64,000 nt of DNA from Octopus vulgaris (lineage: Eukaryota). Positions 27,363 through 41,501 of this stretch are shown here, in pieces. The stretch covers positions 82,832,001 to 82,896,000 of the forward strand of contig OX597824.1 of the NCBI GenBank assembly GCA_951406725.2. Reading direction: 5' to 3'. The first letter of the stretch is position 1. Each line of letters starts with the position of its first letter. Made by a program: the position numbers and the translations under genes. The notes beneath the pieces are model-generated. The model was not told where the DNA came from. It did not search any database and was given only the letters and a program-made list of their open reading frames with translations.

Positions 27363-27994
27363 GAAGACAGACAGACAAGCAGACAGACAGGCAGACAGAC
27401 AGACAAATAGATGGATAGAAACATTTATACATACATACACACATGTATACATACACATGCATATACACACACATACACAGATACATACACATACGTACAC
27501 ACACATACATGCATACATACATACACACACATACATGCATAAGTACAGACATACATACATACATACATACATACATACTACATATGTGCATACATACGTA
27601 GACCCTAGATCCGAAACATGAACCCTCTAGCTCAACACTGCATAAGAAAGGTATTTTCGGTTAAACTTCGAAATTTCCATACACTTATTCTATGTGGGCG
27701 TATGTGTATGTATGTATGTATGTATGTATGTATGTATGTATGTATGTATGTATGTACGTACGTACGTATGTATGTATGTATGTATGTGTATGTATGTATG
27801 TATGTATGTATGTATGTATGTATGTATGTATGTATGTATGTATGTATGTATAGACATCTGACGAAAACCGCAACTACCTTATCTGTCGATTGTGCATATA
27901 TGCGTTGAGTATGATTCATAGGTGGCTATTTTAATTTAATTCTGCTTCAATGACGAATATACTGGCCGGCAACTATTCGCATTATCATTTAACT

Positions 27995-28350
27995 TCTTTC
28001 ATTTGTTTCAATCATTCGAATGCGGCCATGCTGGAGCACACTTTAGTCGTTAAGCCTGATACTTGTTCCACCGGTCCTTTTGGTCGAACCATTAAATTAC
28101 GTGAATGTAAACAAACTAACACCGGTTGTCAAGCAGTGGGGGAGGGACAAACACATACACAAAAGCGTGCGCGCGCGCACACATACACGCATACATATAA
28201 CTTTATATATATATATGTGTGTGTGTGTGTGTTTATGTATATATAAATATGATGAGCTCCTTTCAGTTTCTACCAACCAAGTCCGCTCTCAAGGCTTTGG
28301 TCAGCCCGGAACCATGTGATTGGGAAGCAAAACTTTTACTTCACAGCCCA
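27995..28350 (-). mobile_element. Degenerate family A SINE
   Basis: TGCGGCCATGCTGGAGCAC...CCGGTTGTCAAGC...TTTCAGTTTC...CCCGGAACCATGTG...CACAGCC in the same order as the intact copies. Confidence 0.75.
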
Positions 28351-28689
28351 CACTACTTCCCATATATCGGAGGTGACAAATTTCGTTCAGGCATATAACT
28401 AGGAGTACACGTTATTGACAGAGCTCAAGAGGGCCGAAATGCATCTCGCGTTTTCGCTAGACATTTCTGGGGCAAAAAACTTTGTTTTGGGGCCTCTCTG
28501 ATATATATTGTTTTTTAACACAGCACGTCTATAAGAGATTTTTATTTTGGATGAAAACTGTACTATCTTTCTTCCTCGTCAATCATGTAAAGATGTTGAG
28601 TAATACACATAGACGGCTATAGTGTGTGTATGTGTGTCTGAGTGTGTAAAATACATTATTTATTCGAAGTTGAGTGCAAATGAGTCGCA

Positions 28690-28790
28690 GCCCGAACTTT
28701 CTCTCTCGGGCCAAGCCCTGCTCCATCAGTTTCTTCAAGTACCTCTTCGAGGGGAAGGTGAGACTACCTTGCAGTACATTCTCTGAAAGA
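28690..28790 (+). mobile_element. Degraded fragment of the ORF2 C-terminus of an L1/Tx1-like LINE
   Basis: Translates FLSRAKPCSISFFKYLFEGKVRL...FSER, which aligns by eye with FHLKRKMRVEREVLSDGKFNERW at 30520. Confidence 0.45.
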
Positions 28791-29354
28791 AAGCTTGTTG
28801 TGCTTTTTGTCCTCTTCTTTTTTTTCTTTTTTTTCTTTCTTTCTTTTTACTTTTTAGTCCCACGTCAACCTTGAACTAGGAGACCTTATGATCAAAGACA
28901 TTCTAGCAGTGACCATCCTGTGTTTTTAACAAGCTCTAAGAATACATTTCAGAGCTTTTTTCCAACCAGCATTGCGGTTTATTTTTATACTGAGTAAAGA
29001 CCTGCAGGTGTGTCGCGAATCATTTGAGGCCCGGTCGGAAATGCCAGGTATCTAAATAAAAATAAAAAACCTTGAGTGATTTTTAATTAATTGCACAGGT
29101 GCATGTGTAATTTTTAGCAGCATAGTGCAATGGGTACATCCTTCCCTGTTTTAAAGCAATTTCTTTCGTTGATTTCGACGTATTAGTGCCCCCAGTCCGT
29201 TGGGTCAGCTGGACAACCTATTCCCTTAATTAGCGACCGAAGCCGTTGAGTTTTTAACGGACCTATGTACCCCTCGACGTAATTCTCAAACACATATAGC
29301 GTTACGCAAGGGGACGGGATTGAGCCTTTTGTGAATTAGGGATATAGTTCATCC

Positions 29355-29520
29355 GGCAGGCTTCATTACAGTTTCCGTCTATTCATATTGATTGATTCAC
29401 AAAGATTAGGTCGACCTGAAGCTACAGGAAAGGCATTTATTCGAGACGCCACGCAGTGGAATTGATCCTAGGTCCTCACGATTGCGAAACAAATTCCCTA
29501 ACTACTGACCCATGCGCCTG
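29355..29520 (-). mobile_element. Highly degenerate 5' half of a family A SINE
   Basis: GGCAGGCTTC...CAGTTTCCGTCTA...GCCACGCAGTGG...CATGCGCCT. Confidence 0.6.
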
Positions 29521-29532
29521 TATACATGTTCA

Positions 29533-29616
<84 letters not shown>

Positions 29617-29686
29617 TATGTGTGTGTGTGTTTGTGTGTGTGTGTGTTTGTGTGTGTGTGTTTGTGTGTGTGTGTGCACATTCGTG

Positions 29687-29721
<35 letters not shown>

Positions 29722-29782
29722 TTATCTATCTATCTACCTAACTATCTATCTATCTATCTACCTATCTATCTACACACACACA

Positions 29783-29872
<90 letters not shown>

Positions 29873-30189
29873 CACAAGTACATATGTGTGCGTGTGTGGC
29901 AACCTAATACTTTTAGATTGTTTTTCTTCGGTTTTCTCATGAGTCAGTGAAGGTTCTTTTTCTTTTATTTTTTTTAAGAGTCACAAGTCTAATGTGTATT
30001 TCCTTATACAAGACGATAAAAATACGATTTCAGGAAGAAATCGGCACCTATTTTTAGCAGATTACGGCTACCACATGCGAAAACACTCGACTATATTAAC
30101 GAGCTTAGCTAAACGGATTTATTCAAAAGAAGTTGTAGATTAAGCAGTAACTAGGTGAAGGTGCTCGCTTTTAGTGAGTCAAGGTTAAT

Positions 30190-30440
30190 CCGGGGTTTCG
30201 AGTGGGTGTACCCACCGATCGTCTACGCACGGCTGTGGGTTGCTTCCTGTTTTTATTTTGATTTGAAGGTCTTTACCACGATTGCTGTTTATTTATCATT
30301 GTTCTTTATCGTGTTGTTGACTTAGTCTGTTCAATTTAAAACCCACAACTCCTCCTTTTTTTTTTTTGTTTTCGCTTTGTTTGTTATTGTTTCGTCCTTG
30401 TTCTTGTATCTAAGGTCCTTGTGACTAATAAAAAAAACAA
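30190..30440 (+). mobile_element. Probable LINE 3' UTR remnant
   Basis: Ends GTCCTTGTTCTTGTATCTAAGGTCCTTGTGACTAATAAAAAAAA, similar to the tail at 30850-30910. Confidence 0.4.
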
Positions 30441-30475
30441 TCATTATCACCATCGTAGTTATTATTGGTTATTGT

Positions 30476-30514
<39 letters not shown>

Positions 30515-30519
30515 TATAG

Positions 30520-30930
30520 TTTCATTTGAAAAGGAAGATGAGAGTAGAGAGGGAAGTGCTGTCCGATGGCAAGTTTAATGAAAGGTGGATAAATGTCGCA
30601 AGAATGGCCAGTGTGAAAGGAGCCATTCTGAGGTTACACCTGTGATTTAAAGAGCTAATATAAAAGGAAAAAGGGGCTCTCTACCCCACTTTTGACCAGG
30701 CTCCCGTTGACTTTTATGGGTTTTTTTTCCACCAGGAACCTTTCGTAACGCCTGCCCCTATCGGGAGATTTTCATTGTTATAATCTTTCGTTGTTTAAAC
30801 TGTTTTTTACTCGATTTTACAAACGGACAAAACCCTTTGTAACCTTTCATCCTGTTTTGTCCCTTTATGTGATAATTGATTTTTGTCAGCCCTTGTGGCC
30901 AATAAAAGAATTAATTATTATTATTATTAT
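30520..30930 (+). mobile_element. 5'-truncated LINE 3' end (L1/Tx1-like ORF2 C-terminus + 3' UTR + (TTA)n tail)
   Basis: 30520-30645 reads FHLKRKMRVEREVLSDGKFNERWINVARMASVKGAILRLHL*; the F-x-x-R-W ending is typical of L1/Tx1 ORF2 as I recall it. The 3' UTR ends GCCCTTGTGGCCAATAAAAGAA(TTA)n, and the same tail occurs on the minus strand at about 45608-45626 and 58090-58145. Confidence 0.65.
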
Positions 30931-31516
30931 TCTATTCTATTTTGTTTTTCTTCTTTATTTCAAGAATAACAAGCTGCCCTTCAGACGTCTCGTAATGTCA
31001 CAAACTCAAAAGAGATCGTTAATCAAGACAGACGAACCAAGTTATTATGAAACATGTTGCGGTCTTTTCTTGTTTTCAATCTTTCATTCTTTCCCTTTCG
31101 TTGTTCTCTCATTCCTTTATTCATATGTTCTTTAATTCTATCAATCTTTTCATTCATTCATTCATTCATTCATTCAGTCATTCATTCGACGGACTTTGAG
31201 ATTGTTATTGTTATATGAGGTCACAACCAACTTGAGATAAGAGGCGGTGGGATAAAAACGAAAATTATACGCAAGCAATTACACAACAGACATACGTATA
31301 TAGATAAATACATACAACCACACATACATACATGCGTGACAGAGAGAGAGAGAGAGAGAGAGAGAGAATGTGTGTGTATGCGTGTAACATGTATTTGCAT
31401 GCGTATATATGTATGTATGTATATACGTCCTATATAAGTATACGCACACATTTTGCCTATACATAAAAATATACATAAAAATATAATGCGTGTGTATTTA
31501 TGTGGAGCGGGGGGGT

Positions 31517-31555
<39 letters not shown>

Positions 31556-31689
31556 GAAAGAAAGAGAAAGAAAGAAAGAAAGAAAGAAAGACAAGAAGAA
31601 AGAAAGAAAGAAAGAAAGGAAAGAAAGAAAGAAAGAAAGACAAAAAGAAAGAAAGAAAGACATGAAAATATGTCCATCGCAGCGTTACT

Positions 31690-31887
31690 CAAGAAACAGG
31701 AAGAAAGAGTGAGAGAAAATTGGGGCGAACGAGTATAACAGGGGTCGCCACCACCCCCTGCCGAAGCCTCGTGGAGCTTTAGGTGTTTTCGCTCAATAAA
31801 CACACACACAGCGCCCGGTCTGAGAATCGAAACCGCGATTCTCCTACCGCGAGACCGCTGCCTTAACCACAGGGCCATTGCGCCTCC
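31690..31887 (-). mobile_element. Family C SINE, 3'-truncated
   Basis: Reverse complement of GGAGGCGCAATGGCCCTGTGGTTAAGGCAGCGG...GAGCGAAAACACCTAAAGCTCCACGAGG. Confidence 0.85.
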
Positions 31888-32109
31888 ACATCACTCTTAA
31901 CTTACAGTCATTATATTATATTCGCGGTTGACTCTGAAATACGAACCAGCAGTTTGAAAAGAGAAGAAGTGGTTCACTACTGGAATTCTTGTTTCGGTGT
32001 CAAGTGTTGTAATATTATTGTACTGGTAGTTACTATGCAAGCATAGCAACACCGACAATGCAAGTGCTAGAAATAGCAGCTAAATCTCTCTCCCAAATCA
32101 CACACTCTC

Positions 32110-32335
32110 TCTTTTACTCTTTTACTTGTTTCAGTCATTTGACTGTGGCCATGCTGGAGCACCGCCTTTAGTCGAGCAAATCGACCCCAGGACTTATTCT
32201 TTGTGAATCCTAGTACTTATTCTATCGGTCTATTTTGCCGAACCGCTAAGTTACTTGGAGGTAAGCACACCAGCATCGGTTGTCAAGCGATGCTGGGGGG
32301 ACAAACACAGACACACAAACATATACACACACAGT
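32110..32335 (-). mobile_element. Family A SINE, 3' half
   Basis: CTTTTACTCTTTTACTTGTTTCAGTCATTTGACTG...GGGGGACAAACACAGACAC; the head is missing. Confidence 0.85.
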
Positions 32336-32603
32336 CGCGTTTTCTTTTTTTCTTTCTTTTTTTTGCCTTTTTTGTGTTTTTTTGTTTTTCAGAGAAAGAA
32401 AATATATTTTAATGAATATATTTGGGTAAATACATTCATAGATAAACTATATCCCCCAAAATATAGGGTGGTGGCCATGGTTAGAGCTAGAGAAACTTCC
32501 GATTATGGATAGGTCTTACGCGGTAAAATCTGACCCAGAAATTAATCAACAGAATATTATTGTTCTTCTATGTCCTCCTTATCATTGTCGTCGTCATCAT
32601 GAA

Positions 32604-32636
<33 letters not shown>

Positions 32637-32744
32637 TATCATCATCATCATCGTCGTACTCTTCCTGGTCATCAACCCCCCTCCCTCCGCTGTCGTCCAT
32701 CTCATCGTCCGTCGTCATCACAAGTTCTAACAATGCCTGCCTTT

Positions 32745-32781
<37 letters not shown>

Positions 32782-32867
32782 CCCTCTCTCTCTCCCTCGC
32801 TTTTGCTCTCTTTCTCTCTCTCTCTCTTTCTTTCTCTCACTCCACCCTCTCTCTCTCCCTCGCTTTT

Positions 32868-33025
<158 letters not shown>

Positions 33026-33148
33026 CAAACATCTCTTGTTATGACAAGGTTTAAACGAACTTTAACACTTTCGAAATACAAAAACTGTCAACACACACAC
33101 ACATGGTCCTACTACGTACGTAATACACACCGTCACATTTACATAGAG

Positions 33149-33195
<47 letters not shown>

Positions 33196-33812
33196 CATAC
33201 ATATACATTTGCAGACACACACACACACAAATATACACACACATACGTACATACAATCACACAATCACAAACGTCTGTACACACACACACATATATTTAT
33301 ATGTATGTTTATATATATACATGTAAACATATACGTTTGACATATATACATATGTGTATATAAACTTAAATGTATACACACACACACATATATATTACGT
33401 GTGTGTGTGTGTGTGTATGTGTGTGTTTGTATGTGTGTGTGTGTGTCCATGAGTGTGTATACCGAAAAGTGATCTGGATATTTTATCTTGCGTGGATGTC
33501 CTAAAAGAAAGCTACCTCTTAAGAATGCGTCTCATACAAACATTAAAAGTGCTCAATAGCGCAGAAGTGTGTCACTAGCAGACGAATACTTTCCAGATAC
33601 ATGCACACATACGCGGACGTACGTACGTACATGCGTGCATACATACTTCAGGCTATGTCGATCGGGTGATATCGTTTTTATTTGTTTCTGTGTAGGAAGA
33701 GATAAACGCTACGATGTTAAACACTGTTTACTTTTCACAGCGAGGCTAAAATCATAAAGTTTTCGGCGTATTGAAAAAGTTACTTCATTTTTGAATAAGT
33801 TTACATATATAT

Positions 33813-34211
33813 ACTCTTTTACTCTTTTACTTGTTTCAGTCATTTGACTGCGGCCATGCTGGAGCACCGCCTTTAGTCGAGCAAATCGACCCCGGGACTT
33901 ATTTTTTGTAAGCCCAGTACTTATTCTACCGGTCTCTTTTGCCGAACCGCTAAGTGACGGGGACGTAAACACACCAGCATCGGTTGTCAAGCAATGCTAG
34001 AGGGACAAACACAGACAAGCATATACACACACATACATATATATATATATACATATATACGACAGGCTTCTTTCAGTTTCCGTCTACCAAATCCACTCAC
34101 AAGGCATTGGTCGGCCCGGGGCTATAGCAGAAGACACTTGCCCAAGATGCCACGCAGTGGGACTGAACCCGGAACCATGTGGTTGGTTAGCAAGCTACTT
34201 ACCACACAGCC
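33813..34211 (-). mobile_element. Near full-length family A SINE
   Basis: Near-identical to 25420-25858. Confidence 0.9.
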
Positions 34212-34564
34212 ATATAATTTCGGTTTTAGATTTGGTTTGCAAGATTCTTTATGTGAGTTCGTGTGTTGAAGCATATTCTGTTGTGTCTGGTGAATGTCAT
34301 TCTCTTTTAGTGCCTTTTAACACACTCACCGGTAAATTTTCCACTCATTTACTTACTTATTTTTGTAGAAGTTTATAAAAATCAATCAAAACGCACTCGA
34401 TAATACAGACGTTGAGTAAAGCATCCGTATCGATACAGCCCTCGCAGAACTGCTAGGCTGAAGTTCTATATTTGGATTCTTACAGACAGTCGTCAGATAA
34501 CATTATAAACAACATGCATTTCGCTCCGACGTAGCCGACATACGGCGATATTTTGGCTATCAGT

Positions 34565-34949
34565 GGAGGCGCAATGGCCCAGTGGTGAGGGCAGCGGACT
34601 CGCGGTCATAGGATCGCGGTTTCGATTCCCAGACCGGGCGTTGTGAGTGTTTATTGAGCGAAAACACCTAAAGCTCCACGAGGCTCCGGCAAGGGGTGGT
34701 GGCGATCCCTGCTGTACTCTTTCACCACAACTTTCTCTCACTCTTACTTCCTGTTTCTGTTGTACTTGTATTTCAAAGGGCCGGCCTTGTCACTCTCTGT
34801 GTCACGCTGAATATCCCCGAGAACTACGTTAAGGGTACACGTGTCTGTGGAGTGCTCAGCCACTTACACGTTAATTTCACGAGCAGGCTGTTCGGTTGAT
34901 CGGATCAACCGGAACCCTCGTCGTCGTAACCGACGGAGTGCTTCAAAAA
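34565..34949 (+). mobile_element. Full-length family C SINE with TSD
   Basis: tRNA-like head with A/B boxes, about 380-bp body and short A tail; direct repeat ATTTTGGCTAT at 34550-34560 and 34950-34960. Confidence 0.9.
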
Positions 34950-35393
34950 ATTTTGGCTATATCATTCGGCACCTATACGATATAGGGTTTTGCTTGGACA
35001 TTGATTCAGGAGGCGGCCCGTAGATATGTGATGAATCCGTCCCTAAAATAGATTAAACATTCACCTCTATCCCTGAATTTAAAGAAGACTCGCCAAACCT
35101 GGCCCCCAAGATAGTGACTTCTTTCACCTTGCACCAATTCTCTTGGAAACCCTGGTTATACCAACCCCCAAACTGAATAATTCGCAAATTTTATTGGCCT
35201 ATTTGCCTATACTAGACAGATCGATTATTCTGAGTTGTGATAAGGACTCAACAATAGCCTTCTGTTCTCTCAAAATGATCTCTCAGCGACGCTAGACGGG
35301 TTTATACATTTATACGTAAAAGAATGTAAACAAATAATTTTGTGGACAGAAAAAGGGGGGCCAATATGAGAGAGTTTGATTTTATTTCGTAAG

Positions 35394-35807
35394 CTCTTTT
35401 ACTCTTTTACTGGTTTCAGTCATTTGACTGCGGCTATGCTGGAGCTCCGCCTTTAGTCGAGGAAATCGACCCCCAGGACTTATTCTTTAGTAAGCCTAGT
35501 ACTTATTCTATCGTTCTCTTTTGCCGAACCGCTAAGTTACGGGGACGTAAACACACCAGCATCGGTTGTCAAGCGATGTTGGGGGAACAAACACAGACAC
35601 ACAAACACACATACACACACACACATATATATATACATATATACGACGGGCTTCTTTCAGTTTCCGTCTACCAAATCCACTCACAAGGCTTTGGTCGGCC
35701 CGAGGCTATAGTAGAAGACACTTGCCCAAGGTGCCACGCAGTGGGACTGAACCCTGAACCATGTGGTTCGTAAGCAAGCTACTTACCACACAGCCACTTC
35801 TGCGCCT
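35394..35807 (-). mobile_element. Full-length family A SINE
   Basis: Near-identical to 25420-25858, with subfamily variants (GCTTTGG, GAGGCTATAGTAG). Confidence 0.9.
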
Positions 35808-36112
35808 AAAAAAAATTCGCAAAAAGGCCTGGTGTGTGTGTGAAGGCGTGTGGCCTGGTGGTTAGAGTGTTGCACCCACAATCGCTTGATCGTGGGTCCG
35901 GTCCCCAGATTGGGCGGCGCGTTAATTGTTCTTCATCAAAGCAAATGCTTGCCATTCCAATCAGCTGTAAATTGGTAATTCTGCGACGGAGTAGCCTCCT
36001 GGTCAGGAGGAATGTTGTCGGCCAGCTTGATTATCTAGCAAAGTGGTTATTATTCGAAAGCTAAAACAATGTAAAGTGTATTGTAGTCGAACAAATATGT
36101 AATGCTCATCTG

Positions 36113-36242
36113 CATGTATGTATGTATGTATGTATGTATGTATGTATGTGTGTATGTATGTATGTGTGTATGTATGTATGTATGTGTATGTATGTATGTA
36201 TGTATGTATGTATGTATGTATGTATGTATGTATGTATGTATG

Positions 36243-36273
<31 letters not shown>

Positions 36274-36494
36274 GTATGTATGTATGTATGTATGTATGTG
36301 TGTATGTATGTATGTATGTATGTGTGTATGTATGTATGTATGTATGTATGTATGTGTGTGTGTATGTGTGTATGTATGTATGTGTGCATGTATGTATGTG
36401 TGTATGTATGTATGTGTGTATGTATGTATGTATGTGTGTATGTATGTATGTATGTATGTATGTATGTATGTATGTATGTATGTATGTATGTATG

Positions 36495-36528
<34 letters not shown>

Positions 36529-36550
36529 TGTGTGTATGTATGTATGTATG

Positions 36551-36582
<32 letters not shown>

Positions 36583-36600
36583 TGTGTGTGTGTATGTATG
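36113..36600. repeat. (TATG)n microsatellite tract
   Basis: About 490 bp of TATG/TGTG repeats; representative of dozens of SSR tracts in the window. Confidence 0.95.
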
Positions 36601-36944
36601 CCATTATTCAGTTTATTTCAAGATTTCTTGCCGATAGAGAAAGAACTAGTTTCTAACCCAGATCCAAGGGTCCTTTTCTGGAATTTCAACATCAACAACA
36701 GGGTATTTTTGTATGTATGTATGTATGTATGTATGTATGTATGTATTTGTATGTATGTATTTGTATGTATGTATTTGTATGAATGTAAAGGCGTGGGTCT
36801 GTGTATGAGCCGTCAATAGATTTGTCTGTTTATGTATGTACGCATGTATGTATAGATGGATATATTTATTATTATTATTTAGCGGAAGCAACAGTGATTC
36901 AAGTGCCGACGCTTTCGTGCACTAGCACTTACCAAAGATAAAGC

Positions 36945-37015
<71 letters not shown>

Positions 37016-37389
37016 TTCACATACAAAGTGGTTTTGTGTTTCATGTCAATCGCTTCCTACGCATATGTTATTCAAATGAGTTTGAGAGGGGGAAAAAAAG
37101 CATGTTATAAAACTATGGCCCACCTACGTTAATTATAGAGTACAACTGTACTCAGTGACACACACACACACACACAAACACACACACCTTGGATGAATAA
37201 TATATATCTACCTGTAAAAGTATATTAAGACATTATTTGCAGATGTAAGTGAATGTGCAAATGCGGGCGTACGTACGTGTGATCGTGTGTGCGTCTGTGT
37301 GTGTGTGAACGCATGTGTGTGTGTTCTTTAATTTTTTTTCAGCTATCGCTAACTAAACCAAACTGGCGAAAAACCTTCAGAGTTGCTTA

Positions 37390-37806
37390 TTTTACTCTCT
37401 TTTACTCTTTTATGTTTCAGTCATTTGACTGCGGCCATGCTGGAGCACCGCCTTTAGTCGAGCAACTCGACCCCCGGGACTTATTCTTTTTGTAAGCCCA
37501 GTACTTATTCTATCGGTCTCTTTTTGCCGAACCGCTAAGTGACGGGGACGTAAACACACCAGCATCGGTTGTCAAGCAATGCTAGGGGGGACAAACACAG
37601 ACACACAAACACATACACATACATACATATACATATATATACACATATACGACAGGCTTCTTTCAGTTTCCGTCTACCAAATCCACTCACAAGGCATTGG
37701 TCGGCCCGGGTCTATAGCAGAAGACACTTGCCCAAGATGCCACGCAGTGGGACTGAACCCGGAACCATGTGGCTGGTTAGCAAGCTACTTACCACACAGC
37801 CACTCT
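37390..37806 (-). mobile_element. Near full-length family A SINE
   Basis: Near-identical to 25420-25858. Confidence 0.9.
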
Positions 37807-38205
37807 TTTTTTTTTTTTCCTGTTTTTCGTCTATCTTGGGCTTCAATGCTTTCATGCCATTTTTTGCAATGTGCGAGGTGTCTCTGATTGATAGGTCAAC
37901 GAACTATTAGAGGTAGTACCTTCTGTTTTGTTCGTAACATCCTGCAGAGAAAATAATCCGGTGTGCCAGAGAGGAAAAGAAAAATATTCATCACATGCCT
38001 TGATTTATTATCCATCTTCTATTACTCGTCTAAGGCATTTGGACGGCTGCGGCCATACTGCAGCACCGCCTTGGAATATTTAGTCGAACAAATCAACCAC
38101 AGCACTTAATTTTTTAACTTCAATTTTTAAGCCTGATAATTATTCTATCGGTTTCCTATTTGCCGAACTGCTAAATTTGTGGGAACGTAAACATACCAAT
38201 ACCGG

Positions 38206-38255
<50 letters not shown>

Positions 38256-38411
38256 CTTCCATCACGTTTTGACAACCGGTATTAGTTCGTTTACCTTCAC
38301 AGCTAAGTATTTTTATATGCTACATAACGGTTGTTGCTGAACAGATATTTCTGATGCCAGGACCTTTGGGGGAATCAGTTTTGGAGATCTAAAGGAATTT
38401 CCATTCTTTAT

Positions 38412-38447
<36 letters not shown>

Positions 38448-39179
38448 GTGTGTGTGTGTGTGTGTGTGTGTGTCGAAGTCTAGAAAAAGATTTTCAAAAA
38501 TCTTTCATAGGTACTCTCCCACAGACACACATACGCACACGTATTTGCGTGTGTGTGTGTGTGTATGTGGTTGTGTGTGAATGTGTGTAAGTATATATGT
38601 ATTAATAAACGAATAACAAAAGAACAAGTTACGCGTAATCACTTTCGTTAGCTTACAGCTGTTTCAGTTACAGAAAACCGAGTTAGAAGCCAGTGCGACA
38701 TCTTATAGCTTCTTGTGAACCAATTCATAGACACACTCACACACACATACACATTCATGTATTTATATATATATTCATATATATATATATATATATAGGT
38801 GTGTGTGTGTGTGTGTGTATAGAGAGAGAGAGTGTGTGTGTGTGTAATATCCTTTCCATTGACATCCCAAGTGGTGCAGACGCATTCGGCGTAATTAATG
38901 TCGCCGAGGTTTCCTTTTTATTTTCCTTTATACCATTTACGTGTAAGTAGCAATTTGTGTGTGAGTGTGCAATTTCTCGCGTAGGAAAGATAAAAGCCTA
39001 AAGATTTATAGAATGCCAACATCATCACTATCAGGTCTTTGATAATAAATGCTCTTCAATATCCAACCACTGATCTTTTGATGGCTTGTTTTTAGCGGTG
39101 TGTGATTTGTGCAAGAATAGCAGCCGACCGAACCGGTTATAGAAAGTTTGCCACCCAATGCACAGAACAGCGTAAGAGG

Positions 39180-39742
39180 ACCTAATACTGGTTTCGAGTC
39201 TTAGCACAAGGCCAACGATTTCGGGTGAGGGACCGGGTCGATTACATCGACCCCCAGTGCTCAACTAGTACTTATTTTATCGACCCCCGAATGCATAAAA
39301 GGCAAAGTCGACCTCGGCGGAATTTGAAACCAGAACGTAAGGACGGACGAAATGCCGCTAAGCATTTTTATTTGTTTCAGTCAATTTAGACTGCGGCCAT
39401 GCTGGGGCACGCCCTGAAAGCGTTTTTAAAGAAACGTATCGACACCAGTACTTGCTTTTTAAAAACCTGGTACTTATTCCGTCGGTTGTTTTTTCCTGAA
39501 CCGCTAAGTTACAGGCACGTCTGCGCACCACCACCGGTTGTCAGGCAGTGGTGGTGGGTAAACACACACACACACACACACACATACTTATATATATAAA
39601 CACACACGCACAACGGGTTTCTTTCAGTATCCGTCTACTAATTCACGTCTCACACTTGCCCAATTTGGCACGCAGTGGGACTGAACCCGGAACTATGTGA
39701 CTGAGAAAGAAACTTCTTACCACCATAGCCACGCTTGCTCCT
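39180..39742 (-). mobile_element. Adjacent older family B-like (39180-39365) and family A-like (39370-39742) SINEs
   Basis: GTCGATTACATCGACCCCCAGTGC...GGCAAAGTCGACCTCGGCGGAATTTGAA followed directly by TGTTTCAGTC...CTGCGGCCATGCTGGGGCAC...CACGCAGTGGGACTGAACCCGG. Confidence 0.75.
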
Positions 39743-39962
39743 ATATATGTATGTATGCATGTATGTATGCATGTATATATGTATGTATGTATGTGTACGA
39801 ATGTAGTCACAAATACATAAATATGTGTACACACACACACCACACACACTCATACCACACACACACACACACACACACTACACACACACTACACACACAC
39901 ACACACACACACACACTACACACACACTACACACACACGCACACACACTACACACCCGCACA

Positions 39963-40012
<50 letters not shown>

Positions 40013-40444
40013 CACACCCGCACATACACACACTACACACCCGCACACACACACCACACATACACACACCACACACACACACACACACACTACACTCACC
40101 ACACACACACTACACCACACACACGCACACACGCACGCACACACCACACACACACATACCACACACACACCACACACACACACACACCCACACACACACA
40201 CACTACACACCCGCACACACTACACACCCGCACACACACACCACACACACATACACACACACACATACACAAACACCACACACACACACACACGATCAAA
40301 TACGTAATCACGCTTTCGCCAATCGTTTTATCCACAGAGTGTTTTGCAAGTAACTTGATCTCGGATCGGGTTTTTGCAAACGAAAAACTTACAAAACAAC
40401 AAGAAGCGCTTGAATCTTTTCAGAAAATATATTAAAAAATATGA

Positions 40445-41030
40445 TTCTTTACTACCCACAAGGGGCTAAACACAGAGAGGACAAACAAGGACAGACAAAC
40501 GGATTAAGTCAATTACATCGACCCCAGTGCATAACTGGTTCTTAATTTATCAACCCCGAAAGGATGAAAGGCAAAGTCGACCTCGGCGGAATTTGAACTC
40601 AGAACGTAGCGGCAGACAAAATACCTATTTCTTTACTGCCCACAAGGGACTAAACACAGAGAGGACAAACAAGGACAGACAAAGGGATTAAGTCAATTAT
40701 ATCGACCCCGGTGCATAACTGGTTCTTAATTTATCAACCCCGAAAGGATGAAAGGCAAAGTCGACCTCGGCGGAATTTGAACTCAGAACGTAGCGACAGA
40801 CGAAATACCTATTTCTTTATTACCCACAAAAGGCTAAACACAGAGGGGACAAACAAGGACAGACAAACGGATTAAGTCGATTACATCGACCCCAGTGCGT
40901 AACTGGTACTTAATTTATCGACCCCGAAAGGATGAAAGGCAAAGTCCACCTCGGCGGAATTTGAACTCAGAACGTAGCGACAGACGAAATACCGCTAAGT
41001 ATTTCGCCCGGCGTGCTAACGCTTCTGCCA
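40445..41030 (-). mobile_element. Head-to-tail trimer of family B SINE (184-bp unit) with one 5' head
   Basis: Junctions AAATACCTATTTCTTTA at about 40619 and 40803; the 5' head (GGCAGAAGCGTTAGCACGCCGGGCGAAA) is present only once, at 41000-41030. Confidence 0.9.
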
Positions 41031-41465
41031 AAGATGCTATACTTTCTATGTATCTCCCAATCGTGCTGTATACTATGAAGTGCCAAAAAGTTTCATTGCC
41101 CTACTGCGACCTAATATCTGATTGAATTTGAAGTGAGTCACAGAGATAACGGGTGAACTGTGTCAGTGAACCAGCTTGCAGAAGGACGACGAAACTATTC
41201 GGCACTTCATAATAGACAGTAATATTAGAAAGTTAATTAAAAGAGAAATAGTTCCTGTGACTTCTTAAACGGATAAAATCATTTTTCTTATATTCTTTTT
41301 TTTCTTTTCTTTTCTTTTATACATACGTTTCAGCCCTAAGGCTGTGGCCATGCTGGGGCACCGTGAGTGAGAGAGAGAGGAGGAGGAGGAGGAAGAAGAG
41401 GGAGAGCGGAGGGGAAGATGGGGAGGGAGAGACAGACAGACAGAGACAGACAGACACGGCTATTA

Positions 41466-41501
<36 letters not shown>

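Noticed and set aside
34565-34640. tRNA gene
   Set aside because: The tRNA-like head continues into a SINE body with a TSD and has multiple copies; the same applies to the other SINE heads.
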